A stretch of DNA of 64,000 nt from Limisphaerales bacterium. GTDB lineage: Bacteria; Verrucomicrobiota; Verrucomicrobiia; Limisphaerales; Palsa-1400. Below, in pieces: positions 38,796-46,828 of the stretch (the stretch's first letter is position 1; every line of letters begins with the position of its first letter). The translations under genes were made by a program, and so were the position numbers. The stretch is from contig JBKQWF010000307.1 of assembly GCA_052139695.1 (NCBI GenBank), positions 72,297-136,296 of the forward strand, written 5' to 3'. The notes under the pieces were generated by a model. That model was not told the origin of the DNA. It made no database searches and saw nothing but the letters and a program-made list of their open reading frames with translations.

Positions 38796-39116
38796 TTACG
38801 CGGCGCTCGCCGCCGGCAGTGGTTCCACTATGATCATCTGGGCCAGTTCGGCGCTGACCGCCAAACGCGCGTTGCAAACCAGGCAGATCAGGTTCGATTG
38901 CCGGATGAGCAGTTTAATCACTTGCTCCTCGACAAAGCCGATTTCCCGCAGATGCTGGGTGAGTTGCGGCGGGGTGGAAAGCCGCTTGATCCGCACAGCC
39001 ATGCCGGCTTTGACCCGGCTGAGCGGGCAGGTGAAAGGGCGCGCGCCGCCGCGTTCGCGAGATCGGCCCGCCGCGAGCAGCCCGGTCGGTTCTTCAAAGC
39101 ATTCCGTCATTTTCAT
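38796..39116 (-). CDS. FeoA-domain small protein
   Basis: PLSRVKAGMAVRIKRLSTPPQLTQHLREIGFVEEQVIKLL...ARLAVSAELAQMIIV fits the FeoA/DtxR-C SH3-like domain pattern. It ends 20 nt upstream of nuoA on the same strand. The start, taken at MKMTE, is uncertain. Confidence 0.65.
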   Translation of the reverse strand: MKMTECFEEPTGLLAAGRSRERGGARPFTCPLSRVKAGMAVRIKRLSTPPQLTQHLREIGFVEEQVIKLLIRQSNLICLVCNARLAVSAELAQMIIVEPLPAASAA

Positions 39117-39659
39117 CTGCCTAATAGATAATCGGACAGAGGCGTCTCGACTTCCCATTGGTTGCTATTTGCACCCCATTTTTTGGTATGTTGGTCAATT
39201 CTCTCCTCTGGCGGGAAGAGGCGGCGCCAAGCCCCCACCCTGCATCGCCAGGGAAAAGAGGTCGGTGAAAGGCGATCCCGGCTAACCACAACTGGCCGAG
39301 GGCCTGGCAATTAATGGCGCATCCCTGCCGGAAGGGGCGGCGCACCCCCGGGAAGCGGCCTTTTGGGTCCGCCGCGGAGCCTCGTAGAATGTGCTCCAAC
39401 CTTTTTCTGGCCTCTTCTTTCCCAAGGGAAGGCCAGAGATTCGCAATCCGTGTGTAGTTCATCATGGTCTCATCACCGATACTTATCCGCGATGAACGAT
39501 CGGACAGGAAGGCGAATACGAGGGAAAAACGGGCAAATGGCGCGCTCCAAGTCCGGCGTTTCGCAAAAGATGAGGAACAAATGGCAATATCGGTGGAGCC
39601 ATTTCCGCCGTCACGCCTAATAATACGGACATCAATAACCAGTGACATCACTTGGAAAT

Positions 39660-40802
39660 ATGATCTTGACTAATTATAGCGGCGAAGCATCCGGCCCCGC
39701 CTCCGCACCCAGCTCCACCCTCTTCGTGGCAGGCATCAGTTTCAGGACGGCGCCGGTCGCGTTGCGCGAGCAACTGGCGGTCATCCCCTCGCGTGTGATC
39801 GAAGCCGCCAAACGTCTCAAAGAGCTGGGCGGCCTCTCCGAGGTGGCCCTGGTTTCCACCTGCAATCGGGTGGAGCTTTACGGAGTGTCGCCCCACCCCG
39901 GCGGGTTCGCCGAGTTGCTCGCCTCCCTGGCGCGCGAGAAAATCGATCTCTCGTCCTACGTCTATGTCCATACCAATGAAGACGCCGCCCGGCATCTTTT
40001 CGCGGTGGCCGGCGGCCTGGATTCCATGGTGCTTGGGGAAACAGAGATTACCGGCCAGATAAAGACAGCTTATGAAGCGGCGCGGGGCGCGGAGTTGACG
40101 GGCCGCATCCTCAATGGGGTCTTCCAGCGCGCCTTCCAGGTGGTCAAAGCCATCCGCACCCGGACGCAGGTCGGACGCGGCGCCACTTCGGTGGGGAGCG
40201 TCGCCGTGCAATTAGCCGAGAAGATTCTCGGGGACGATTTTCAGAGCAAAACGATCATGATCATCGGCGCCGGCAAGATGGGAGAGGCCTGCATCCGGCA
40301 CCTCGCCAAGAAAGGGGTCCGTTCCGTTATTGTCGCCAACCGCTCCCTCGAACATGCCGCGGAATTGGCCCGGGAAGTCGGCGGCCAGGCCGTCAATTAT
40401 ATGGACGATGGCCTGGCGGCCATGCAAGAAGCGGACATTGTCGTCAGTTCGACCGGCTGTCCCGAAACCATTTTGGACCGGGAAGATGTGGAGGCGGTCA
40501 TGCGGCAGCGGCCCAATCGCCCGTTGTTCCTCATCGACATTGCCGTGCCGCGCGACATCGCCGTGGATGTGGAACGGCTGGAGAACGTCTTTCTCTACAA
40601 CATTGACCATTTGCAGCAACTGATGCGGGAAAACGTCCGCCTGCGGGAGCAGGAGCTTTCGCGCTGCCGCGGGATCATTGAAGAACACACCGCGGCCTTG
40701 ATGGCCAAACTCAACCAGGCGCCGAGAAAACCGGTCGTGGTCGAGCTGCCGCCGCGAATGGATTGGGCCTTCTCCCACTCCGCGGGCAATTATGCGAAGT
40801 GA
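39660..40802 (+). CDS. hemA: Glutamyl-tRNA reductase
   Basis: GISFRTAPVALRE, STCNRVELY (catalytic Cys) and IIGAGKMGE (NADPH-binding) motifs. ATG at 39660. The tracked ORF begins at a GTG at 39642. Confidence 0.9.
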   Translation: MILTNYSGEASGPASAPSSTLFVAGISFRTAPVALREQLAVIPSRVIEAAKRLKELGGLSEVALVSTCNRVELYGVSPHPGGFAELLASLAREKIDLSSYVYVHTNEDAARHLFAVAGGLDSMVLGETEITGQIKTAYEAARGAELTGRILNGVFQRAFQVVKAIRTRTQVGRGATSVGSVAVQLAEKILGDDFQSKTIMIIGAGKMGEACIRHLAKKGVRSVIVANRSLEHAAELAREVGGQAVNYMDDGLAAMQEADIVVSSTGCPETILDREDVEAVMRQRPNRPLFLIDIAVPRDIAVDVERLENVFLYNIDHLQQLMRENVRLREQELSRCRGIIEEHTAALMAKLNQAPRKPVVVELPPRMDWAFSHSAGNYAK

Positions 40803-40969
40803 ATTTCACATTTTGAGGAGTTTTAGAATTTTGACAGGCGGGAACCAACAACTTTCCGAGTTGGGACTGGCTGTCAGGAGGTTACGCGGCAGCGCGCTAA
40901 CTGTAAGTCACCCACAACGCTGATGATGGCAAGCCTTAGGAAGTCCCCGACACAATATACAAATGTAAT

Positions 40970-43270
40970 ATGAAAATAAAACAACGAACCAGAAAGGCGC
41001 AATCCTGTCTTTTTGCGATTGCGCTGATAACCACGGTCGCCTTCGCGGCGAAAGCGGCCCCTCCCTACCTCAACGCCCGCATTACCCCGCGGCCGGTCAC
41101 ACCCAACGACGTCACCGTCTATAATCTCGCGGCCAGCACCGAGTATTCGGGCGGCTTGAGCACCATCGGGATTGGCACACCAGCCTATTTGGAGCTGGAT
41201 GTCACTAATACCGTTTCTCTTCAATCCATCACGAACATTACCTGGTCCTTGACCGGGCCTTTTGGGTCGGCTGCCGCCTATACGAACAGCCCGCTGCCGA
41301 ACACCATGCCTGTTTTCCTGCCGTCCGATCGTTTGGTCTATCAGGTTGCCAGCCGCGTTTTGCTCCGCCCGGATGTGGCGGGACAATACACTCTGACCGC
41401 GGCGATCGCCACGACCAACGGCGTTACCAATGTCAGCGCCAACCTGATTGCGGGGACCTATTATGGCGTCGCCGGGTGCGAACTTTGCCACAGCGGCGGC
41501 GTTCAAGCCCCTGACACGTACCATCCCTGGCTCACGACTGGCCACGCCAGCATCTTTACCGGCGGCATCGATGGCTTGGATGGCAGCCATTATAGCGTCT
41601 CCTGCATTAAGTGCCACACGGTCGGATATGATACGAACGCGGTCACATTCCCGGATAACGGCTTCTACTCCGTGGCGCAAAAAGATGGCTGGACGTTTCC
41701 GTCCGTCTTAGTCAGTTCAAATTACGCCAATATGCCGGCCAATTTGCAGAATTTAGCCAATGTGCAATGCGAGAATTGCCACGGTCCCGGCAGCGAGCAC
41801 ATGGCCTTGCTCGGCGACACCACGGCCTCCAATTGGCCGAGTCTTGATGTTCCGGCCACGGTGGGAACGTGCGTGCAATGCCATGACGCTCCTCCAAACC
41901 ATGCCGATGGCACTCAATGGTACGCCTCCTCCCATGCCGTCACGACGACCATTCCTTCCGGGTCGGGCCGGCAATATTGCGTGCAATGCCACACCGAGAG
42001 CGGATTCATCTCTATTGTCTCGAACAATGCGGCGGGCAATGGAATTACTTACTCCTCGAACACCGTCTATGCCGCGATTGGCTGCCAAACTTGCCATGAG
42101 CCGCATGGCCTGACGGCTCCGACCAACGATAGTCACTTAATCCGAGCTATGGTCTCCGCGACCTTCGGGGACGGCACGGTCATCACCAATGGCGGCGAGG
42201 GCAATCTGTGCATGACTTGCCATCACAGCCGTGATGGCTCGGCCGTGACCAACGTCGCCAATTATCCCTTGGGCCGCAACACCTGGCCCGGCGGATCGAG
42301 CTTTGGCCCGCATGATGGCGTGCAAGGAGACATGATCGAGGGCATCAACGCCATTACCTATGGACAAGTGATTCCCAGTTCCGCCCACCGCTATTCGGTC
42401 ACAAATTCTTGCGTTGGTTGCCATATGCAAACCATCGCCTCCACCGACCCCGGCTTCCTCCTCTCCGGCGGACACACCTTCGAAATGAGCTATAAAGTTG
42501 TTTCCAACGGCGTGACGAACAAGGTGGACCAGGTGGCGGTCTGCAATCAATGCCACGGCGGAATCACTACCTTCAACTTCCCGGTGGAAGATTACGCCAA
42601 CACCGGCGCCGTCCAGGGTGTTCAAACCGAAGTTCAGATCCTGCTGAACCAATTGTCCACCTTGTTGCCGAACTCCAGCGGCGTTATCGATGGCTCGGTC
42701 AAGACCAGCCTTTCGGTCAAGACCAACTGGACGACGGCGCAACTGCAAGCCGCCTATGATTGGCAATTTGTCAACAATGACGGCAGCCTCGGCGTCCACA
42801 ATGCCCCCTATGCGACTGGCCTGCTCAAGGCCTCAATCGCTAACCTGACGGGCGTTTCCGTGCCAGGCGGTTTGCCGGATGCGTGGGAGATAGCGAACTT
42901 CGGTTCAGTCACCAACGTCCTCGGCGCCCCCGATGCGGACCCGGCTGGCGATGGCATCCCGAACTGGCTGAAGTATTCCCTGGGGCTTAGTCCCTTCACC
43001 GCGGGTTTGGCTGTTCCTGATGGAGTTGTCTATGCCAATGGCACGGAACTGGGCGGAAGCACCAACACCATCCAGATCTACACGGCGGCGGACGTTACCT
43101 TCGACACCACCGCGGGCACCACCTACCAAATCCAGGAAGTCAGCGCTCTGAGCGATGGATGGCAGAATGTCGGAAACCCGGTTGTGGCGACTAACAATGC
43201 CTCCGTGAGCTACTTGACTCCGACAGTGGGCAATGTCCAGCAGTTCTTCCGCGTCGTCCATACGCCATAA
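40970..43270 (+). CDS. Secreted multiheme c-type cytochrome, 9 CXXCH, with a C-terminal beta-sandwich-like domain
   Basis: Signal peptide. Heme motifs are CELCH, CIKCH, CENCH, CVQCH x2, CQTCH, CMTCH, CVGCH and CNQCH. The C-terminal roughly 150 aa are non-heme (DPAGDGIPNWLKY ... YQIQEVS...FFRVVHTP). Confidence 0.9.
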   Translation: MKIKQRTRKAQSCLFAIALITTVAFAAKAAPPYLNARITPRPVTPNDVTVYNLAASTEYSGGLSTIGIGTPAYLELDVTNTVSLQSITNITWSLTGPFGSAAAYTNSPLPNTMPVFLPSDRLVYQVASRVLLRPDVAGQYTLTAAIATTNGVTNVSANLIAGTYYGVAGCELCHSGGVQAPDTYHPWLTTGHASIFTGGIDGLDGSHYSVSCIKCHTVGYDTNAVTFPDNGFYSVAQKDGWTFPSVLVSSNYANMPANLQNLANVQCENCHGPGSEHMALLGDTTASNWPSLDVPATVGTCVQCHDAPPNHADGTQWYASSHAVTTTIPSGSGRQYCVQCHTESGFISIVSNNAAGNGITYSSNTVYAAIGCQTCHEPHGLTAPTNDSHLIRAMVSATFGDGTVITNGGEGNLCMTCHHSRDGSAVTNVANYPLGRNTWPGGSSFGPHDGVQGDMIEGINAITYGQVIPSSAHRYSVTNSCVGCHMQTIASTDPGFLLSGGHTFEMSYKVVSNGVTNKVDQVAVCNQCHGGITTFNFPVEDYANTGAVQGVQTEVQILLNQLSTLLPNSSGVIDGSVKTSLSVKTNWTTAQLQAAYDWQFVNNDGSLGVHNAPYATGLLKASIANLTGVSVPGGLPDAWEIANFGSVTNVLGAPDADPAGDGIPNWLKYSLGLSPFTAGLAVPDGVVYANGTELGGSTNTIQIYTAADVTFDTTAGTTYQIQEVSALSDGWQNVGNPVVATNNASVSYLTPTVGNVQQFFRVVHTP

Positions 43271-43300
43271 GCGTTGGGCCGCCGCGGAGACGGTTATTCA

Positions 43301-43342
43301 TTGGCGGCTGGCAGGCGCGCGCGAAGCGCGGCCAGCCGCCAA
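43301..43342 (+). terminator. Strong hairpin after the first cytochrome gene
   Basis: TTGGCGGCTGGC ... GCCAGCCGCCAA is a perfect 12-bp inverted repeat with an internal GC-rich sub-stem. It begins 30 nt after the stop codon. Confidence 0.6.
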
Positions 43343-43416
43343 ATCAGGGCAACAAGGGAAAATTTGAACGGTTGCTAGACAGCGTTTCGCGCATTTGGTA
43401 ATAAAATGAAAGGAAG

Positions 43417-44325
43417 ATGATGAGCACGTCGCCAACAAAAAACGTGGAGGTTCCAGAGAAGCGGCGTGGGCGCGTTGTTGTCCGAATCCTCATTCCGTCG
43501 CTGCTCTTCTTCCTCGCAGGCGCGGCTTTGAGCGCGATCTTGATTTCCCGTTTCTCACGCGCCCCAGACCCGGCGAACGATGCGGGGGCCGTCCAGCTCT
43601 CGGAGGCGACCAAGACAATTTTGCAACGACTGGATTCGCCGATAGAGATCCGCTTTTACTCTATTTTAGATACAGCGACTGTGTCAGATTCTGTCCAGGC
43701 TTATGCCGGGCGGGTGGATCAATTGCTCTCTCAGTATGAACAACTGGGCAGCAACCGGGTGAGATTGATACGCTATAATTCTTTGGTCAGTTCCAACGTG
43801 GCCGCCGCGCAAGCGGATGGCATCAGAGCTTTTAATATCGAGAAAGGCGACAGTTCCTTTTTGGGAATAGCGGTCGTCTGCGATGGGCAAAGAGAATCTC
43901 TCTCGTCTCTCGCTCCGGAATGGGAGCAGGCATTGGAACCCGACCTCAGCCGGGCAATCGCGCGAGCCGCCGAAGCGCGGCAGGCGGCGCAACCGGTGGC
44001 TCGGGCCGATGCCGCCACCCTGGCTGAAGTCAAACGTTTAGTTCCTAACGCGGACGCCGTTTCCCTGGCCGACGGCACGGGGCAATTGCGCGGCACGGCG
44101 ATCGCCCAATTCGCCCAAACAGCCCAGGAATTGCAAACGCAAGTGAAGGAAGCGCAGGAACGTTTCCTTAAGGCACAAAGCAGCCAGTCCGAGGAGGGGC
44201 AGAAGGCGGCCCTGGAGCAATTGCGGAAAATCCAAGCTGAAGCAACGGACAGATTACGACAAATCGCCATCAACTCACACGCGCAGGTAGCGGCGCTGCA
44301 ACAAATGAAGAAGGCAGCGCCTTGA
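43417..44325 (+). CDS. Membrane-anchored hypothetical protein with GldG-N-like region and Gln/Ala-rich coiled-coil tail
   Basis: 302 aa with a TM segment (ILIPSLLFFLAGAALSAILI). LDSPIEIRFYS...YAGRVDQLLSQYEQL resembles the N-terminus of ABC-auxiliary GldG-type proteins. It overlaps the next ORF by 4 nt. Confidence 0.45.
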   Translation: MMSTSPTKNVEVPEKRRGRVVVRILIPSLLFFLAGAALSAILISRFSRAPDPANDAGAVQLSEATKTILQRLDSPIEIRFYSILDTATVSDSVQAYAGRVDQLLSQYEQLGSNRVRLIRYNSLVSSNVAAAQADGIRAFNIEKGDSSFLGIAVVCDGQRESLSSLAPEWEQALEPDLSRAIARAAEARQAAQPVARADAATLAEVKRLVPNADAVSLADGTGQLRGTAIAQFAQTAQELQTQVKEAQERFLKAQSSQSEEGQKAALEQLRKIQAEATDRLRQIAINSHAQVAALQQMKKAAP

Positions 44326-44375
44326 GGCCGGAATGCAAATCTCACGATCCTATTCATCGACAATTGCTCCAACGC

Positions 44376-45956
44376 ATGAATAGGGCAATCCGCCATCTCC
44401 TTCGCCGGCCTTCTTTTCTTTTACTGGGAGTGGTGCTGGCTTCCGCGGCTCCAGCGCAAGAGGTTCAACATCTGAGCACTAATTTGCCGGGAGGGATGCC
44501 TGGGCTGCCCATCATTACGGGAATCGCTTCTGTTACCAATGGCGTGAAGGTAACATGGGATGGGCCTTCGGGTTACTATCAACTATTTGAATCTCCAACT
44601 ACCAACAAGCCGGTGTGGCGGGCATTGACCAGGCAAACGGACTTGCTCCGCAATGCCATTGTGCCAAGCCGTTATAGCAATGCTTTTTTCCGAGTAGCAG
44701 GTCCGCCGCCTCAATATGCCGAGGCTGAGACGTGCCTGGCATGTCATGCGCCGATTTTAAATACCGAGATTCATACCCTGCACGCCGTTGCGTTCAGCAA
44801 CGCGTCGTTCGCGGCTTGCGGCGGCCAGACCAATAGCTCTTGCCTGGCCTGCCATACGGTGGGATTCGATTTGCCGACAGGATTTGTCAGCGCGGCCCGG
44901 ACACCGCCATTGGCCAATGTCCAATGTGAGAATTGTCATGGTCCGGCGGGGCCGCACGCCGCCAATCCCGCCGACCCGCTGGTCAGACCGCGTGTCGAGG
45001 TGGCTGCCACCGTTTGCGGCGGCTGTCATTCTGATCCTCGACATCCAACCTACGAAGAATGGACCAACAGCGCTCACGCGCAGGTGGTCGAAGATATGAA
45101 TCCCGCCAGCCGAATCGATGCCTGCGGACGGTGTCATTCCGGGACAGTGCGTTTAAGCTTGCTGGAAAATATGGCGCTGCCCGCGGGCGACGCGGATATC
45201 GGCATTGTCTGCGCCACCTGCCACGACCCGCATCAAACCAATGCCTATCCCGCGCAACTGCGCAACCCGGTGGCATCGACCAATGATTATTTCATGCCGG
45301 CGAACGGCACGTTTGCCAGCTCCTACAATCCGGAGATCAATATTTGCGCCCAATGCCATAATCACGCGGGCGCCTCGTGGACCAATAACGCCTGCGAACC
45401 GCACCATTCACTGCAATACAACATGCTGCTCGGCTCTGTCGGCGAGTTGAGTTCCGGCCTGGCGCCTTACCAACCGGCCACGCACGCGCTGGCGATCACC
45501 AACCAGTGTGTCGGGTGCCACATGCAGACTTCCTCCTTTGTCAGTGATTCACAACCGGCGGTGACAGGCCATAGTTTTAAGGTTGAGACATATACCCTCT
45601 GCCTCAACTGCCATTCTCTGCCTGAGCAGACCGTTGCTTTCACCACCAGCGACGTGTCAAATCAAGTGCAGCAGGTCAAATCCCTTTTGGACGACTGGGC
45701 GACTAACAAGGCGCCGGCGGCCTTGGCCAAGTACGGCGTTCTCGCTTGGGAATATACCACGCCTGGAGGACTTTCTTCGGGTGGACCGGGACCGAACGCC
45801 GCGGAGCAAGCGCTGATTCCCGAGAACATTCGCAAGGCGCGGTTCAATCTCTACCTGGTGCGGAATGACGGCAGCTTCGGCGTTCACAACCCACATTTTA
45901 CCATCAACCTTCTGCAAACGGCGGCAGGCTGGGTTGAGGGGGAACTAGACCCATAA
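44376..45956 (+). CDS. Secreted multiheme c-type cytochrome, 9 CXXCH, with an N-terminal beta-sandwich-like domain
   Basis: Likely start MNRAIRHLLRRPSFLLLGVVLASAAPAQE; the tracked ORF starts at 44322. Heme motifs are CLACH x2, CENCH, CGGCH, CGRCH, CATCH, CAQCH, CVGCH and CLNCH. Confidence 0.85.
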   Translation: MNRAIRHLLRRPSFLLLGVVLASAAPAQEVQHLSTNLPGGMPGLPIITGIASVTNGVKVTWDGPSGYYQLFESPTTNKPVWRALTRQTDLLRNAIVPSRYSNAFFRVAGPPPQYAEAETCLACHAPILNTEIHTLHAVAFSNASFAACGGQTNSSCLACHTVGFDLPTGFVSAARTPPLANVQCENCHGPAGPHAANPADPLVRPRVEVAATVCGGCHSDPRHPTYEEWTNSAHAQVVEDMNPASRIDACGRCHSGTVRLSLLENMALPAGDADIGIVCATCHDPHQTNAYPAQLRNPVASTNDYFMPANGTFASSYNPEINICAQCHNHAGASWTNNACEPHHSLQYNMLLGSVGELSSGLAPYQPATHALAITNQCVGCHMQTSSFVSDSQPAVTGHSFKVETYTLCLNCHSLPEQTVAFTTSDVSNQVQQVKSLLDDWATNKAPAALAKYGVLAWEYTTPGGLSSGGPGPNAAEQALIPENIRKARFNLYLVRNDGSFGVHNPHFTINLLQTAAGWVEGELDP

Positions 45957-45958
45957 TT

Positions 45959-46822
45959 ATGAAGTGGATCAAAACAATGGCAGCCGGTGGTTGCGAGGAC
46001 AAAGTCGCGATCGGCACGCGGGTCCTGGCTTTCACCATCCTGCTGCTTCCGTTTCTGCTTTTCATTTCCTGCGGGACGCCGACCCGTCCGGTCGTCGTGC
46101 TGCCCAATGTGCCGGGCGCCAAGTATATCGGCTCCAAGGAATGCGAACAGTGTCATGACGAACTTTGCCGGGATTTTGTCACGGCCGACCACGCGCGTCT
46201 CATCGCGGAAGGAACCAACGCCATCAACGCGGGCTGTGAATCCTGTCACGGCCCTTGCAGTCTGCACTCGGAATCCGGCGGAGACACCAAACCTCCCTTT
46301 AGCTTCACATCCGGCCGTCCGCAATCCTCCAGTTTTGAGCGGGTGGGGCTGGAGCCTAACCGCTCCATCGAGACGGCTTGCTTTCAATGCCATCCGGAAG
46401 TGCGTGGCAAACTGAACCTGCCCAGTCATCATCCGGTGGCGGAGGGAAGGATGAGCTGCGTGGATTGTCATTCTCCGCACAGAGGTTCCATCCACGTCGG
46501 CGGGGGCACGTCCATGCTCACCCAAAATCAGGCCTGCATCCGCTGCCATCCTGAGGAGCGCGGCCCTTATGTGTTTGAACACGACGCTTTGCGCGAAGGC
46601 TGCACGGTTTGTCATGACGCGCATGGCTCGATCAATCCCAAGCTGCTCACGGTGCGCGATTCCAATCTCTGTTTGAAGTGCCACTTCCAACAATCCAGCG
46701 GCGGCCAGCTCTTCATTGGCGGGCAAGACCATACGCTGCGGGTGCAGCAGGGCTCTTGTTGGACCGCGGGCTGTCATGAAGCCGTTCATGGCTCGCGGGT
46801 CAGCCCGACTCTTCAATTCTGA
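45959..46822 (+). CDS. Periplasmic multiheme cytochrome lipoprotein (7 CXXCH plus 1 CX4CH)
   Basis: Signal peptide with a lipobox-like LFISC. Heme motifs are CEQCH, CESCH, CFQCH, CVDCH, CIRCH, CTVCH and CLKCH, with a terminal CWTAGCHEAVHGS. The heme density (about 1 per 30 aa) is like the periplasmic components of porin-cytochrome conduits. Confidence 0.85.
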   Translation: MKWIKTMAAGGCEDKVAIGTRVLAFTILLLPFLLFISCGTPTRPVVVLPNVPGAKYIGSKECEQCHDELCRDFVTADHARLIAEGTNAINAGCESCHGPCSLHSESGGDTKPPFSFTSGRPQSSSFERVGLEPNRSIETACFQCHPEVRGKLNLPSHHPVAEGRMSCVDCHSPHRGSIHVGGGTSMLTQNQACIRCHPEERGPYVFEHDALREGCTVCHDAHGSINPKLLTVRDSNLCLKCHFQQSSGGQLFIGGQDHTLRVQQGSCWTAGCHEAVHGSRVSPTLQF

Positions 46823-46828
46823 GCCGCT

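Noticed and set aside
39121-39651. 176-aa minus-strand ORF filling the roughly 480-bp gap between the feoA-like/nuo operon and hemA. I also considered a possible riboswitch (cobalamin or other) in this long leader.
   Set aside because: The ORF has no motif or plausible start context. I found no B12-box-like GCCACTG core or other riboswitch signature by eye, only an ordinary hairpin near 39405-39436. The region remains unexplained, but I cannot support a specific call.
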